From a bacterium (GTDB lineage Bacteria > Electryoneota > JAOADG01): DNA of 64,000 nt. The notes under the pieces were generated by a model. That model had not been told where the DNA came from, made no database searches, and was given only the letters and a program-made list of their open reading frames with translations. Shown one piece after another: positions 40,801-48,062 of the stretch (its first letter is position 1; the number at the start of each line of letters is the position of its first letter). The position numbers and the translations under genes are program-made. Location of the stretch: the NCBI GenBank assembly GCA_963681965.1, contig OY820579.1, forward strand, positions 3,360,001-3,424,000, written 5' to 3'.

Positions 40801-43502
40801 GTTCCTATATTTGGAATGTCAATGGTGCATCAACTACTACTGCGCGAATGCGGATCGCTTCGATATCTACTCCGACACTTGCCGATACCAGTGATGCGAA
40901 TCTTGCAATCGTACATCCGCAACTTACCGTCACGGCACCGAATAGTGTGATCATTCTGCAACGCGGTGGTATCGACACGATCCGCTGGACGGCTTCCGAG
41001 CTGACTGGTAATGTCCGGATTGAAGTAAATCGGAATTATCCCGGTGGCACTTGGGATTCAATTTCGACGCAACCGGCAGGTAACGGTCAATATCTCTGGG
41101 CAATTACTTCTCTACCTACAACTACTGCACGGATCCGCATCAGCAGTCTGACGTTTCCCGATGTCGTCGATCTTTCCGATACTAACTTTACAATCTTTGA
41201 AGGTGTATTCCTGACGCATCCGAATGGAGGTGAATACCTGCAGATCGGTATCACGGACACGATTACCTGGATAACCGGCGCAATTACCGATTCAATTCGA
41301 ATCGAACTCAACCGGAATTATCCGACTGGCAGTTGGGATTCGATCACGACGGTCGCGAATACCGGCAACTACCTCTGGCGGGCTTCCAACCCCGCTACTA
41401 CGACTGCGCGGATACGATTGGTATCGAAAATAACGAATAATGTTTTGGCTCAATCGGCGGCAAATTTCGAGATTTACCATCCTTTGATTTATCCCAATGG
41501 CGGCGAGTCGTTTACGTTGGCGATGCCCGATACGATCCGGTGGAACTTCCACAATTATACCGGCAATATTTACGTGCAGTACACCCGGAATTATCCCGGT
41601 TCGTTTTCGACCATTTCGATGAGTGGTGCGATCCCGGCATCGCGCGGGTATTATGTCTGGACGCCAACGCAATATCCCACATCCACTTACCGGATTCGTC
41701 TGTATCCGATTTCGCGCCCGGAATTGTCCGATACTTCCGATGCGAACTTTGTTGTCGATTCATTACCGCAATTGACGTTGCTGACGCCGAACGGTGACGA
41801 TAATATTCTCGTGGGTGTTCCCGACACGATCCGGTGGACGACGTCTTACAATAGTCATATCTCGATTTACTTGTACCGGAATGGCGTTTCCGGTGCCGAA
41901 GAAGCAATCTCGAATGCCGATACAATACTGACACGGTCGGGGATGTTTGTCTGGACACCGACTGGTCCGTTATCCAATCGCGCGTTTATTCGAATCGTCG
42001 ATAATATGATCGGGGTCGAGGATTATTCGAATAGTGCCTTCCATATCGTGAATTCAAAGATCACCGTCACCCGTCCGAATGGTTTCGAACCGTTTGTTTT
42101 GGGATTACTCGATACGATCCGGTGGACTTCGGTGAATGTGAACGACAGTCTGCAAATCGACGTGAAGCGCGGCAACGGTGCGTGGGATACGATCCGGACG
42201 CGGATACCGAATACGGGATCTTTTGTCTGGCGTGTCGATGGCGCCGCTGCCGGAGCCGCCTGGATTCGTATCCGGTCGATGGCGGACAGTACGATCAGCG
42301 ATGTTTCCGATTCGTCGTTTACCATCTTCTATTTTAATTGGGCGAATACCTATCGAACGCATAATCCTAACGAAAATCCCCAGCAGACCTGGTCGCCGGA
42401 AATCCCGTACGATGCTTCGACATCGGATCGTCCGCCGGCAGATATTTATTTCGCAGCGCAATCGGGCAGTTGTGTCAATCCGGACAGTCTCGGTGTGCAC
42501 TACGTTCGCAGCGCTTCGGACGATATCTCGACCTCGACGGTCAATCGCGAATGGGATTTAACAGCTTCGAATGCGAGCTTCCAGAATGCTCAGGTGACGT
42601 TGCGCTTTACCTCGGCAGATCTACCGACCGGTATAACCGATCCGACAGTTCCGTCGGCGGGAGTGATGGCAGTCCGTTCGGAAGACGAAGGGAACAGTTG
42701 GATTTATCAACCGGGCGGGATGTGTTTTGTCGACGGCGCTGCACATAACTCCAGCGGTTCGACCACTTACCAGTTCTTCGTTACAGCGGTATCGCGGATG
42801 GCACGGTGGAAACTGATCAACAGCGGTCTTAATCCAGTGATGACAATGCCGGATAGCGGACGTCGCTGCACGATCGGTACGGTCGATACGATCCGGTGGA
42901 ATTCGGCGATCGGTGGCGGTTCGGTGAAGATCGAACTGAATCGCAATTTCCCGTCTGGCAATTGGGAGACGATCATTACCGAAACACCGAATAATGGAAT
43001 GTATCTCTGGACGGTCCCGAATTCAGCGACGACAACGGCGCGAATCCGCATCACGTCATATTGGGGCAATCCGAATGCATTGTACCCGACCGATTGCGAT
43101 ACCTGTAACGTGAACTTCTTGATCGTACCGTCCTACAGCCCGAAGCCGACAGCACCCGCCAGATTATCGGCAGAGCTAAACAGCAATGATATGATTCTGA
43201 ACTGGTCAGCGGTCACGACCGATACGACTGGTGCCGCGCTGACACCGGACGGCTACCGGATCTACTCGAGTACTACCGCGCTGGCGCCGTGGACGCTCTT
43301 GGCGACGGTCGGTGGCAGTATCACCACCTGGACCGATACTAATATCGTAGCGTCGCAATACCGGTTTTATCAGGTGCGTGCCTATTTCGGCATGTCATCC
43401 AGTTCATCGAGTACAGCCGGATCAGGGCACATCGATGATGAACGAGTCGGAACTGATGGTTCCACCACCGGATCAGTTACTCGCGCCAAGGGAGGTTGGT
43501 AA
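31863..43502 (+). CDS. Giant (3879 aa) modular surface protein: 4 tandem ~500-aa beta-helix units, ~10 PNGGE-type Ig-like domains, LVIVD propeller, BNR/YCF48-like propeller, C-terminal Fn3-like domain
   Basis: Signal peptide ..HPAMA; units TGTKTIGAxGCDY...TTDIDG..R..PDIGADEF x4; PNG(G)E..IxW..LNRNYP.G.W repeats; GLRVVNIANP repeats; S(T/N)(D/N)(N/G)GxxW Asp-box repeats. Confidence 0.85.
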   Translation: MVRSLRRLYCYTAPAGKRSLLSIALLVLVFCSLHPAMAASSPRSPATSALSATRPQYSIDRVMTGTLTIGASGCDYTTFTAAIADLQTFGVQPGGVTFLVNPGNYPEFVNVTPFTGMGSGNPVVFRANGGTVTVNPTPTSSSFNVAINLIGCQYVTFDGINVNDPSTGSFFLNDGYRLTNQTATLGAQHNTIKNATILMRKISTSAGVEQTPLTTPTSAEGAQSYNTYLNLKISKVLCGLYAIGNPTYPDLNTEIGSDSVGLNYSKRFTIGAMPNDTIGRYGIVCAGQIGLTIHDCDISRIRNTSNTIYGIQLQQANLQSNENCVIKNNRIYDLLLTSSGNFYNVVGIYHDANNTNASVKYINNMIYGLQSTTTGNQNTPNYAVYGIYSAQKATFSHNTIWLDQGSGNALNCSSTCIYLSSGSQNDTIRNNIFVNTTANQTGNQRHNGLTINFTSTTYRSDYNLIYVPITASGNAVYDLYNSIAYSTLSGWQATGKDTHSLSGDPQFISTSTPYDVHILPYLAALSYRTGTPIAEVTTDIDGHTRNAATPDLGADEFTALPGLTGTKTIGATGCDYPTFAAAITDLTNRTVGAGGVTFNVSSGNYPEFVTVPRISGMGSGSPVTFRANGGTVTVNPTPTGAGTEVGIAFRGCQYVTFEGINVTDPSTGSYWLGDGYRVTNSSATTGSQNITIKNATITLRKDFQSYGIRQNCSFTPTSSAGAQSNNRYFNLKISKCYSGLYLDANSSYPDLNTEIGSDSAGLNYTNRFTIGALANDTIAYAGIYANSVSGLSIHDIDVRNVTSFSGTHAYGIYLIHPVASGTVRVSNNRINNIAAIGTTAFFRPVGIYQNNDNNAPCYYYNNFVYSLSSIAPSAPVTVDLMITGFYSLGGRCNLDNNTFLIDQGSGNSLQFCSADIYLYNQVQGADTLRNNVIANITGTQSGTVYHVGIYNSGVTSVYSNNNCFYIPSSGNGYIGDISGTNYASLTSWRTASGQDANSTASDPRFLVTTSPCDLHVQPYLTSPINGTGTAISYVTTDIDGDLRSSTTPDIGADEFTPLPGLTGTKTIGASGCDYTTFNAAITDLQNRTVGSGGVTFLVSPGIYSEFVTITPITGMGSANPVVFRANGGTVTVNPTPTTAGTQIAITLKGCRYVTFDGINVIDPSTGSFWLADAYRLTNLTTTQGAQHCTIKNSTMVMRKDFNSSGVEQSASYTPASAEGAESYNTYLNLKISKVASGMYMMGYSTYPDINTEIGSDSVGLTYSKRFTVGAMANDTITWVGIYCTSQIGLNIHDCDITRVRYTAGNIYGIQILQNNLTSSALSVVKNNRIYDMLSSTSGTFNLVYGIDHEGNNSNPSVRFINNMIYNLQSTTTSSMYTSTNSVVGIYSQQSAVIDHNTIWIDQGSDHALNCSSSAITLSNGSQNDTLRNNIIINTTANQTSSAKHRGITIGVTLTNFLADNNLYYVPNAANGSYVYISSGGTTYSTLSAWQATGRDAHSVTGDPRFISPSVPYDLHIQPYQTVPGNNAGTTSPYATTDIDGDLRNSTTPDIGADEFTALPTITGIKTIGAAGCDYPTFSAAISDMMNRSVGTGGVTFNVSSGTYNEHLFINPIPGVSATNPVIFQKASGTVEIACSGTSATSGSSDVIVYLNGCDYITFDGINVRDAGTSTSNYNEFGYYIHNYNSIDGATNLVLKNLSVSLNRADSNSIGIYQVCDTPTNATGTNSNNRYLNLKISDCQVGIELFSTSSSYWDNGNEIGSLSTSLTDTSRFTIGATGTNSIGGAADACGVSIWRQGTVNIHDCDISNIYSESGKAFGILMSGCSGTGEIKRNRIFNIYSASNAVNGMDILSGSTLTTKIYSNFIYNLNAISGLSATQNTYGIIVETGTTYIDHNSILMNTTNPNGWVSCVQILYSTNATFHNNIFYNKPAQGAASVNYTIDFDYRATLAASDNNLFYDGGYGLFAYYGVSGGNCGSLANWRSNTGNDANSRYGNPYFVADTGAIDLHVQPYRPQNTSNFGTPVSWVTTDIDGDSRNFSIPDIGADEYDLQTLTLTRPNGVEICHVGSADTILWSSTALSGNVQIQLNRNYPSGSWETIIANTANTGSYTWTVTTPESRVARIRLLSIANPLIGDTSDANFTVRQDSLNISRVGQFNTSVHAYETAVSGNYQYVATSTAGLRVVNIANPASPVEVGSYTSSGFQIQNLQVVGNYVYATDYYSGLYIFNISNPTSPQLVGTRTLEHPRGLAISGNYAYIADYSNLRIINISNPANPTQTQTFAIPGHGFDIAVQGNYAYVTTGGGGLRIVDISNPSLPSGVGYFNSTLSNGSILGIAVAGNQAYITDCSEDEKSFRVINISNPASPQLVTSTEIGVSGTSIYLARNYAYLCGDWGCRVIDLNVPTTLTTTGFYNEFTDAYQVTGNGIYAYVSDLTGVHILNTALANPLLSITAPNGSEQFTIGSNRNVTWNAYGFSSPVSISLDRNYPSGNWETIRANTDNTGSYAWTVTGSTTTTTARIRIISVDNPLIGDTSDVNFTIMGTLTLTRPVNMDWMTIGNADSICWTSSGVSGNIIIELNRNYPNGSWDTVSRSTSNIGSFNWIVSGPPTAHARARISSVNFPAVRDSSLWWSFIMPPYSSYLVWQSPLTGTATARIDVGTGSNMYAASVDQHFYYSTDNGANWTAGSTVFGSTPSAVHYFNGYIYVATTGSGIYRSNNGGVSFSQINIGLTDLTVNELAYNNGYLFAATRGGLNRSTNGGTTWFTLTSEAAATAALSPYDNKLWVVSGTGNTVYYSTNNGVSWTTANSGINSAPVVSFAFTPVAIYAGTSDGRIFVTTNGGTSWTQSLQVPGAGFYSGLGFNSNRIFFADWLGAGVFGSADNGTNWTAADSGIVSMLVFGLARSNDGSMLAATYAGIQKTNHVQDSYLTLSNNNGSDLLRYGVNDTIRWSGLGFTGNVSIQLNRNYPTSTWDTVAANVANTGSYIWNVNGASTTTARMRIASISTPTLADTSDANLAIVHPQLTVTAPNSVIILQRGGIDTIRWTASELTGNVRIEVNRNYPGGTWDSISTQPAGNGQYLWAITSLPTTTARIRISSLTFPDVVDLSDTNFTIFEGVFLTHPNGGEYLQIGITDTITWITGAITDSIRIELNRNYPTGSWDSITTVANTGNYLWRASNPATTTARIRLVSKITNNVLAQSAANFEIYHPLIYPNGGESFTLAMPDTIRWNFHNYTGNIYVQYTRNYPGSFSTISMSGAIPASRGYYVWTPTQYPTSTYRIRLYPISRPELSDTSDANFVVDSLPQLTLLTPNGDDNILVGVPDTIRWTTSYNSHISIYLYRNGVSGAEEAISNADTILTRSGMFVWTPTGPLSNRAFIRIVDNMIGVEDYSNSAFHIVNSKITVTRPNGFEPFVLGLLDTIRWTSVNVNDSLQIDVKRGNGAWDTIRTRIPNTGSFVWRVDGAAAGAAWIRIRSMADSTISDVSDSSFTIFYFNWANTYRTHNPNENPQQTWSPEIPYDASTSDRPPADIYFAAQSGSCVNPDSLGVHYVRSASDDISTSTVNREWDLTASNASFQNAQVTLRFTSADLPTGITDPTVPSAGVMAVRSEDEGNSWIYQPGGMCFVDGAAHNSSGSTTYQFFVTAVSRMARWKLINSGLNPVMTMPDSGRRCTIGTVDTIRWNSAIGGGSVKIELNRNFPSGNWETIITETPNNGMYLWTVPNSATTTARIRITSYWGNPNALYPTDCDTCNVNFLIVPSYSPKPTAPARLSAELNSNDMILNWSAVTTDTTGAALTPDGYRIYSSTTALAPWTLLATVGGSITTWTDTNIVASQYRFYQVRAYFGMSSSSSSTAGSGHIDDERVGTDGSTTGSVTRAKGGW

Positions 43503-46435
43503 TGAGTGAGCAATTGCTTGCCTCACTTGCGGCACAACTAAAAAAACTGGGAAGTACCGGCGAAAAAGCCGGTAACCCAACTCCGAAGCTGGTTCCCGGA
43601 GAGCGTCGCGAAATTGCAATCATCTTTCTCGATCTTAAGGGGTTCACGGCACTATCGGAAAAGTTGAACGATCCGGAAGCGATCAATGCGATTATCAACG
43701 GTCCGAGCGGTATCATGACGGTGCTGCATCAGATCGTCGAACGGCATGGCGGTTATGTCGACAAGTACGAAGGCGATCTGATTATGGCACTGTTCGGTGC
43801 GAAAGTCGCTTCGGAAAACGACGCCTACCGCGCCGTTAGTTGCGGCATGAAGTTGATCGAAGCAGTGTTGACGGTGGACGAAGCAGTCTCTGAACTTGGG
43901 ATTAGGATTGGTGCCCGGTGCGGAATCAATTTCGGTTGGGCGACGTTTGGTCCTGATCCATCCGGTCACCACACTGCGATGGGTACGGCAGTCAATGTCG
44001 CATCGCGTATGGAATCGAGTGCGGCGGTCAACAGCGTACAGGTCACCAGCAGGGTCGTGAAAATGACTCACGACAGCTTTATCTGGGAGGATCTCGGCGG
44101 TATCGAAGTGAAAGGTGTGGCAAAACCGGTCCACTCTTATCGACTGATCGGCTACGGCGATATTCATAAAGCGCGCTGGGAGCGGACATCGTGGATGCAG
44201 TCGGTACCATTGATCGGACGTCAGGACGAATTCGATTTTCTTTACCAGCATTGGTTATCGCTCGAAGAAGAAGTCGAGGAGAATCCCCGTGGTGGTGCGA
44301 TCCACAAGATGATTGGATTGCGTGCCGATCCCGGGTGCGGTAAATCGCGATTGGTGTTCGAATTGGTGAAGCGAGTCCAGCAAGAAAATGAGATAACATT
44401 CTTGCGCGGTCACACGATGTCGGTGGCACAACCACCGTTTTATCTCTGGGCGAATCTGTTGCGCAATTTCTTCCGGATTGTCGACGATAAACATGAGCAT
44501 ACCCGGTTCGAACAACTCTATACGGAATTCGGCTCAGCCTATGGATTGACGGATAATGCCGATTTCAACAGTTGTTATCCTTATCTATGTCATATCCTCG
44601 GATTTCATGTCGAAGAATTGTCGGAACTGGCAGATCGCGTTTTATTTCAGCAAACGAAGATGGCAATCCGCAATTTCATGCAAGTACTGGCACAGCAACT
44701 GCCGAAGCTGGTGATCTTCCTCGACGACCTGCACTGGCTCGATTCCGGATCGCAGGAAATTCTCGAATTCGTGCTGCTGAATTGCGATGCCACGCGACCG
44801 ATGTTTATCCTCACGACATTTCGACCGGATCGCGACGACGGTCAGCAGTTGGAATTGGATCTTCACGATTCGTATGTCGAATACCATGAGCGGATGCTGA
44901 CACCATTGACGCTGGAGCTGACGCACCAGCATGTGAAAGCGATGCTGGCGGCTTACAGCCCTAATACCGAAGCGTGCGATCTCGATCCAGTCGTGGTGGA
45001 GCGGATCTTCGACTTCTCGCAAGGTAATCCATTTTATACGGAAGAATTTGTGCTGGATTGGCTTGAGACCGATGCCTTGCAATTGAATGAGAACTGCTGG
45101 TCGCTGGCGCCGAACCATCACGGCGATCTCCCGAACAGCATTACCAGTTTAGTTCGGTCGCGGGTCGATCGACTGCCGCTGGAAGAGAAGCAAGTATTGC
45201 AGCAATGTTCGGTCATGGGACTGGATTTCTCGCTGCGGTTATTCCAACGGGTGAAGGCGAAGCTGGCGCAATCGGATAATGCCGAGCCACTGTTGAATGG
45301 ATTGGTGTTTCGCGATTTTCTCCGCAATGTTCGATCGTTGAAAGAAACCTCATACAAATTCAAGCTGACAATCTCGCGGACGGTCGCCTACCAGACACTA
45401 TTGCGGGAGAATCGCACACTCTTGCATCGCCTGACCGCCGAAGCGCTGGAAGAGCTGCTCGCGACCGATACCGATTATTACGCCGGAGTCTTGGCGGAAC
45501 ACTGGTTCCATGCCGGTGATCTGAACAAGGCGTTCGATTACGGTATTCGGTCGGTGAAATATTTACGACGAGCGTGGCACAATCGCGAAGCGGTCAAGCT
45601 GGGTGAGGCGATCCTGAATTGGTTCCCACCACACGACGATTATCGCCAGAATCCACACGCACAAACATATTTCGATTTGATTTATCAGCTCGAAACGATC
45701 TATGCGATCCTGGGCAAGCGAACCGAGCAGAAGCGACTGCTCGATCAATTGCAGGAATTCGTATTGATCCCGCCATTCGACGACCATGCCGCAGCAATCG
45801 TGAATCGGATGGGAAATTATCATTATTTAACCGGTGATATTTCGGATGCTGCCGAGTGTTACGAGCTGTGTCGGGAAGTGGCACAGGCGCGTGGCGATAC
45901 GAAGATTGCAGCGCAAGCGATCGGAAATCTCGGATTGATCTCGATTCAATTCCGTCGTATCGACGAAGCCGAAGCGCTCCTGAAACAATCGATCGAGATG
46001 TTGCACTCGATCGACGATCAGCACGCGGTGAATGATTTCGAGTTGAATCTCGCCGGGTTGTTTTACGAGAAGAAGGAACCGGCGGAAAGCGAGCGCTTGC
46101 TGGAACAATGCCGGGAGCGGTCGAAACGACTGCACGATCGGAGCGCCGAAGCGCGGTTATCGATCAATCTCTCAACGCTGAATCTAGAATTGGAGCAATT
46201 CGATTCAGCGATCGAAAATGCGACGATTGCATATCGTATCTTCAACGAAATCGGGGAACGAAAGAGCGAAGGGGTTGCGTTGGCTAATTTGGGGCGCGTC
46301 TATTTGCGAAAGGAGAATCGGGAAAAGGCGCGCGAGTGTCTCGAACTTGCGTTGACGATCCACCGCGAAGTGAACGACAGCAGTGCGGAAAAACGAACAC
46401 TTAAAAATTTAACCGAATTGAGTGGCAATACTTGA
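43502..46435 (+). CDS. Class III adenylate/guanylate cyclase - STAND (AAA) ATPase - TPR protein
   Basis: FLDLKGFT, DKYEGD, GTAVNVASRME (cyclase); DPGCGKS and IFLDDLHW (Walker A/B); GNPFY; C-terminal TPRs. ATG overlaps the upstream TAA; GGAGG RBS. Confidence 0.9.
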   Translation: MSEQLLASLAAQLKKLGSTGEKAGNPTPKLVPGERREIAIIFLDLKGFTALSEKLNDPEAINAIINGPSGIMTVLHQIVERHGGYVDKYEGDLIMALFGAKVASENDAYRAVSCGMKLIEAVLTVDEAVSELGIRIGARCGINFGWATFGPDPSGHHTAMGTAVNVASRMESSAAVNSVQVTSRVVKMTHDSFIWEDLGGIEVKGVAKPVHSYRLIGYGDIHKARWERTSWMQSVPLIGRQDEFDFLYQHWLSLEEEVEENPRGGAIHKMIGLRADPGCGKSRLVFELVKRVQQENEITFLRGHTMSVAQPPFYLWANLLRNFFRIVDDKHEHTRFEQLYTEFGSAYGLTDNADFNSCYPYLCHILGFHVEELSELADRVLFQQTKMAIRNFMQVLAQQLPKLVIFLDDLHWLDSGSQEILEFVLLNCDATRPMFILTTFRPDRDDGQQLELDLHDSYVEYHERMLTPLTLELTHQHVKAMLAAYSPNTEACDLDPVVVERIFDFSQGNPFYTEEFVLDWLETDALQLNENCWSLAPNHHGDLPNSITSLVRSRVDRLPLEEKQVLQQCSVMGLDFSLRLFQRVKAKLAQSDNAEPLLNGLVFRDFLRNVRSLKETSYKFKLTISRTVAYQTLLRENRTLLHRLTAEALEELLATDTDYYAGVLAEHWFHAGDLNKAFDYGIRSVKYLRRAWHNREAVKLGEAILNWFPPHDDYRQNPHAQTYFDLIYQLETIYAILGKRTEQKRLLDQLQEFVLIPPFDDHAAAIVNRMGNYHYLTGDISDAAECYELCREVAQARGDTKIAAQAIGNLGLISIQFRRIDEAEALLKQSIEMLHSIDDQHAVNDFELNLAGLFYEKKEPAESERLLEQCRERSKRLHDRSAEARLSINLSTLNLELEQFDSAIENATIAYRIFNEIGERKSEGVALANLGRVYLRKENREKARECLELALTIHREVNDSSAEKRTLKNLTELSGNT

Positions 46436-46789
46436 TCGATTGTTACTTCTTCCGCTACAATGTCATACAACACAATATCTTGACCGATTGCCACCCATTT
46501 TTCCTGATTAAGTAGTCTGGGCTTTGGAAGCTTGGAAATACTCGCACTGCTTTGAAATCGACTTCACATTAAGAGCAACAACTGTCAACTAGTATATAAA
46601 TATTTAAATTCATGTTTCATGACTAATTTCGAGTTGATAGCACAAGTGACAAATTATCAAATCTATGATCAATTATCACGGGAAAGGTGCATGATTTCGA
46701 CGAGATTTTGTCGAGATTAATACGATTGGTTTAAAGTTCAAAATCACCGATAACTGTTAGTGGTATCGTCTGGTAACATTCTGTATTTC

Positions 46790-46858
46790 GCTAAGTATAG
46801 ATCAGAGCATCTGATTTTGGATCGAGAAAGTTGGGGTACGAATAATCCCTCAAAGCGC
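46790..46858 (+). pseudogene. Degenerate tRNA-like remnant (resembles tRNA-Arg), possible second att site
   Basis: gctaagtatagatcagagcatctgattttggatcgagaaagttggggtacgaataatccctcaaagcgc resembles GCTCAG..GGATAGAGCATCTGAnTnCGGATCAGAAGGTCGGGGGTTCGAATCCCTC..GCGC. Confidence 0.5.
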
Positions 46859-46880
46859 TTTCTATTCGGGATGTTAGGTA

Positions 46881-47974
46881 TATACCATTTCTTGAAAATC
46901 GTGTCGCATTGTGATTTACTCTCACACTCGTGTTACAGATTTTACAATTTCTGGTTGATTGAGTAGCTGTTGTATTGCCCATGTTACCCGATCTCTTAGT
47001 TCTTCTCTGGACTTGCTGTACCAATGGTTGAAGTAATGCTCTTTGATATACAACCACAATCGTTCTATCGGGTTGAGATCGGGTGAATAGGGTGGCAAGA
47101 ATATTGGTTGAATATGATGCCAGTTTAACGATTTAATCTTGTGCCAACTGGCATTGTCCAGCACCATTGTTACCCTTTCGCCCTTGGTATATTCGGCGAA
47201 GTGGTCAAGGAAAATCTGGAACAGTTCCCGATCCACTTCCGGCATTTGCAGCGAAAACAACCGACCGGATAAGGGTTGTACCGCGCCCAAAATGTTTTCC
47301 CGCAAATGGGTGCCGGTAAAGGGAACCGTTTGTCGTTCTCCTTTCCGCATCCAGCGTCGGCGCGGGCGTGGATCGCCGGTAATGCCGCTTTCGTCGTAGA
47401 ACCAAATCCGATTGGGATCGCTGGCAAGCAGCGACGACAGCAGTTCTGTGAAAGCCAACCGGGCCTCGGCATCCTGTTTTGCCGGCCAGGATCGCGGCAT
47501 ATTCAAGGCAAATCGTTCATCGCGAACAAGACGGGCGAGCGTGGAATAGCCCAATTCGATGCGTAGTTCGCTACGCAATACGCCATGCAACTTGCGTAGT
47601 GTCCAGTGTGTCTGTCCGTGCTGCTCGGGATGGGTAAGCCAATCGACAACCAGAAACCGTTGTTCTTTGTTAGCTTTGCGCGGTCGTCCCGGTCGCGGTA
47701 TCCGTTTCAAACGGTCAATGCCACCGGCGTTCCAATGCTGAACCCACCGCTGTAAAGATCGCGGTACAACCGACAACACTTGACAAACTTGATTGTCCGG
47801 TAACCCTAACAAGAGCATTTTAATCCCTTGAAAGCGACAGTGCTCGTCATGGTCAACCGAACAACGAAGGGCTTCTTCGATCTCGTCCAAAGTACCATTC
47901 GCAGGATTAGGAGATAAAGGTCGCATGAAATAAAGATAAGAAACAATGCGACACTATTTATGAGAAACGGTATA
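46881..47974 (-). mobile_element. Intact IS630-family insertion sequence (~1.09 kb) with TA ends
   Basis: Imperfect TIRs TATACCATTTCTTGAAAATCGTGTCGCATTGT / TATACCGTTTCTCATAAATAGTGTCGCATTGT. Confidence 0.92.
46922..47926 (-). CDS. IS630-family DDE transposase
   Basis: N-terminal HTH, PRPGRPRK, FYDES, VLDNASWH, LPPYSPDLNPIERLW. Confidence 0.95.
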   Translation of the reverse strand: MRPLSPNPANGTLDEIEEALRCSVDHDEHCRFQGIKMLLLGLPDNQVCQVLSVVPRSLQRWVQHWNAGGIDRLKRIPRPGRPRKANKEQRFLVVDWLTHPEQHGQTHWTLRKLHGVLRSELRIELGYSTLARLVRDERFALNMPRSWPAKQDAEARLAFTELLSSLLASDPNRIWFYDESGITGDPRPRRRWMRKGERQTVPFTGTHLRENILGAVQPLSGRLFSLQMPEVDRELFQIFLDHFAEYTKGERVTMVLDNASWHKIKSLNWHHIQPIFLPPYSPDLNPIERLWLYIKEHYFNHWYSKSREELRDRVTWAIQQLLNQPEIVKSVTRV

Positions 47975-48062
47975 AGCCATTTTATTTGTCTCGAAATCAG
48001 CCCCCTAACTTAAAATAGAAGAGAAAGCTAGGTATTAAAAAAATGAGATGCTAAAGACTCAT

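Noticed and set aside
32061-46245. Numerous antisense/alternate-frame ORFs inside the large genes
   Set aside because: Shadow ORFs of long coding regions with no motifs or RBS support.
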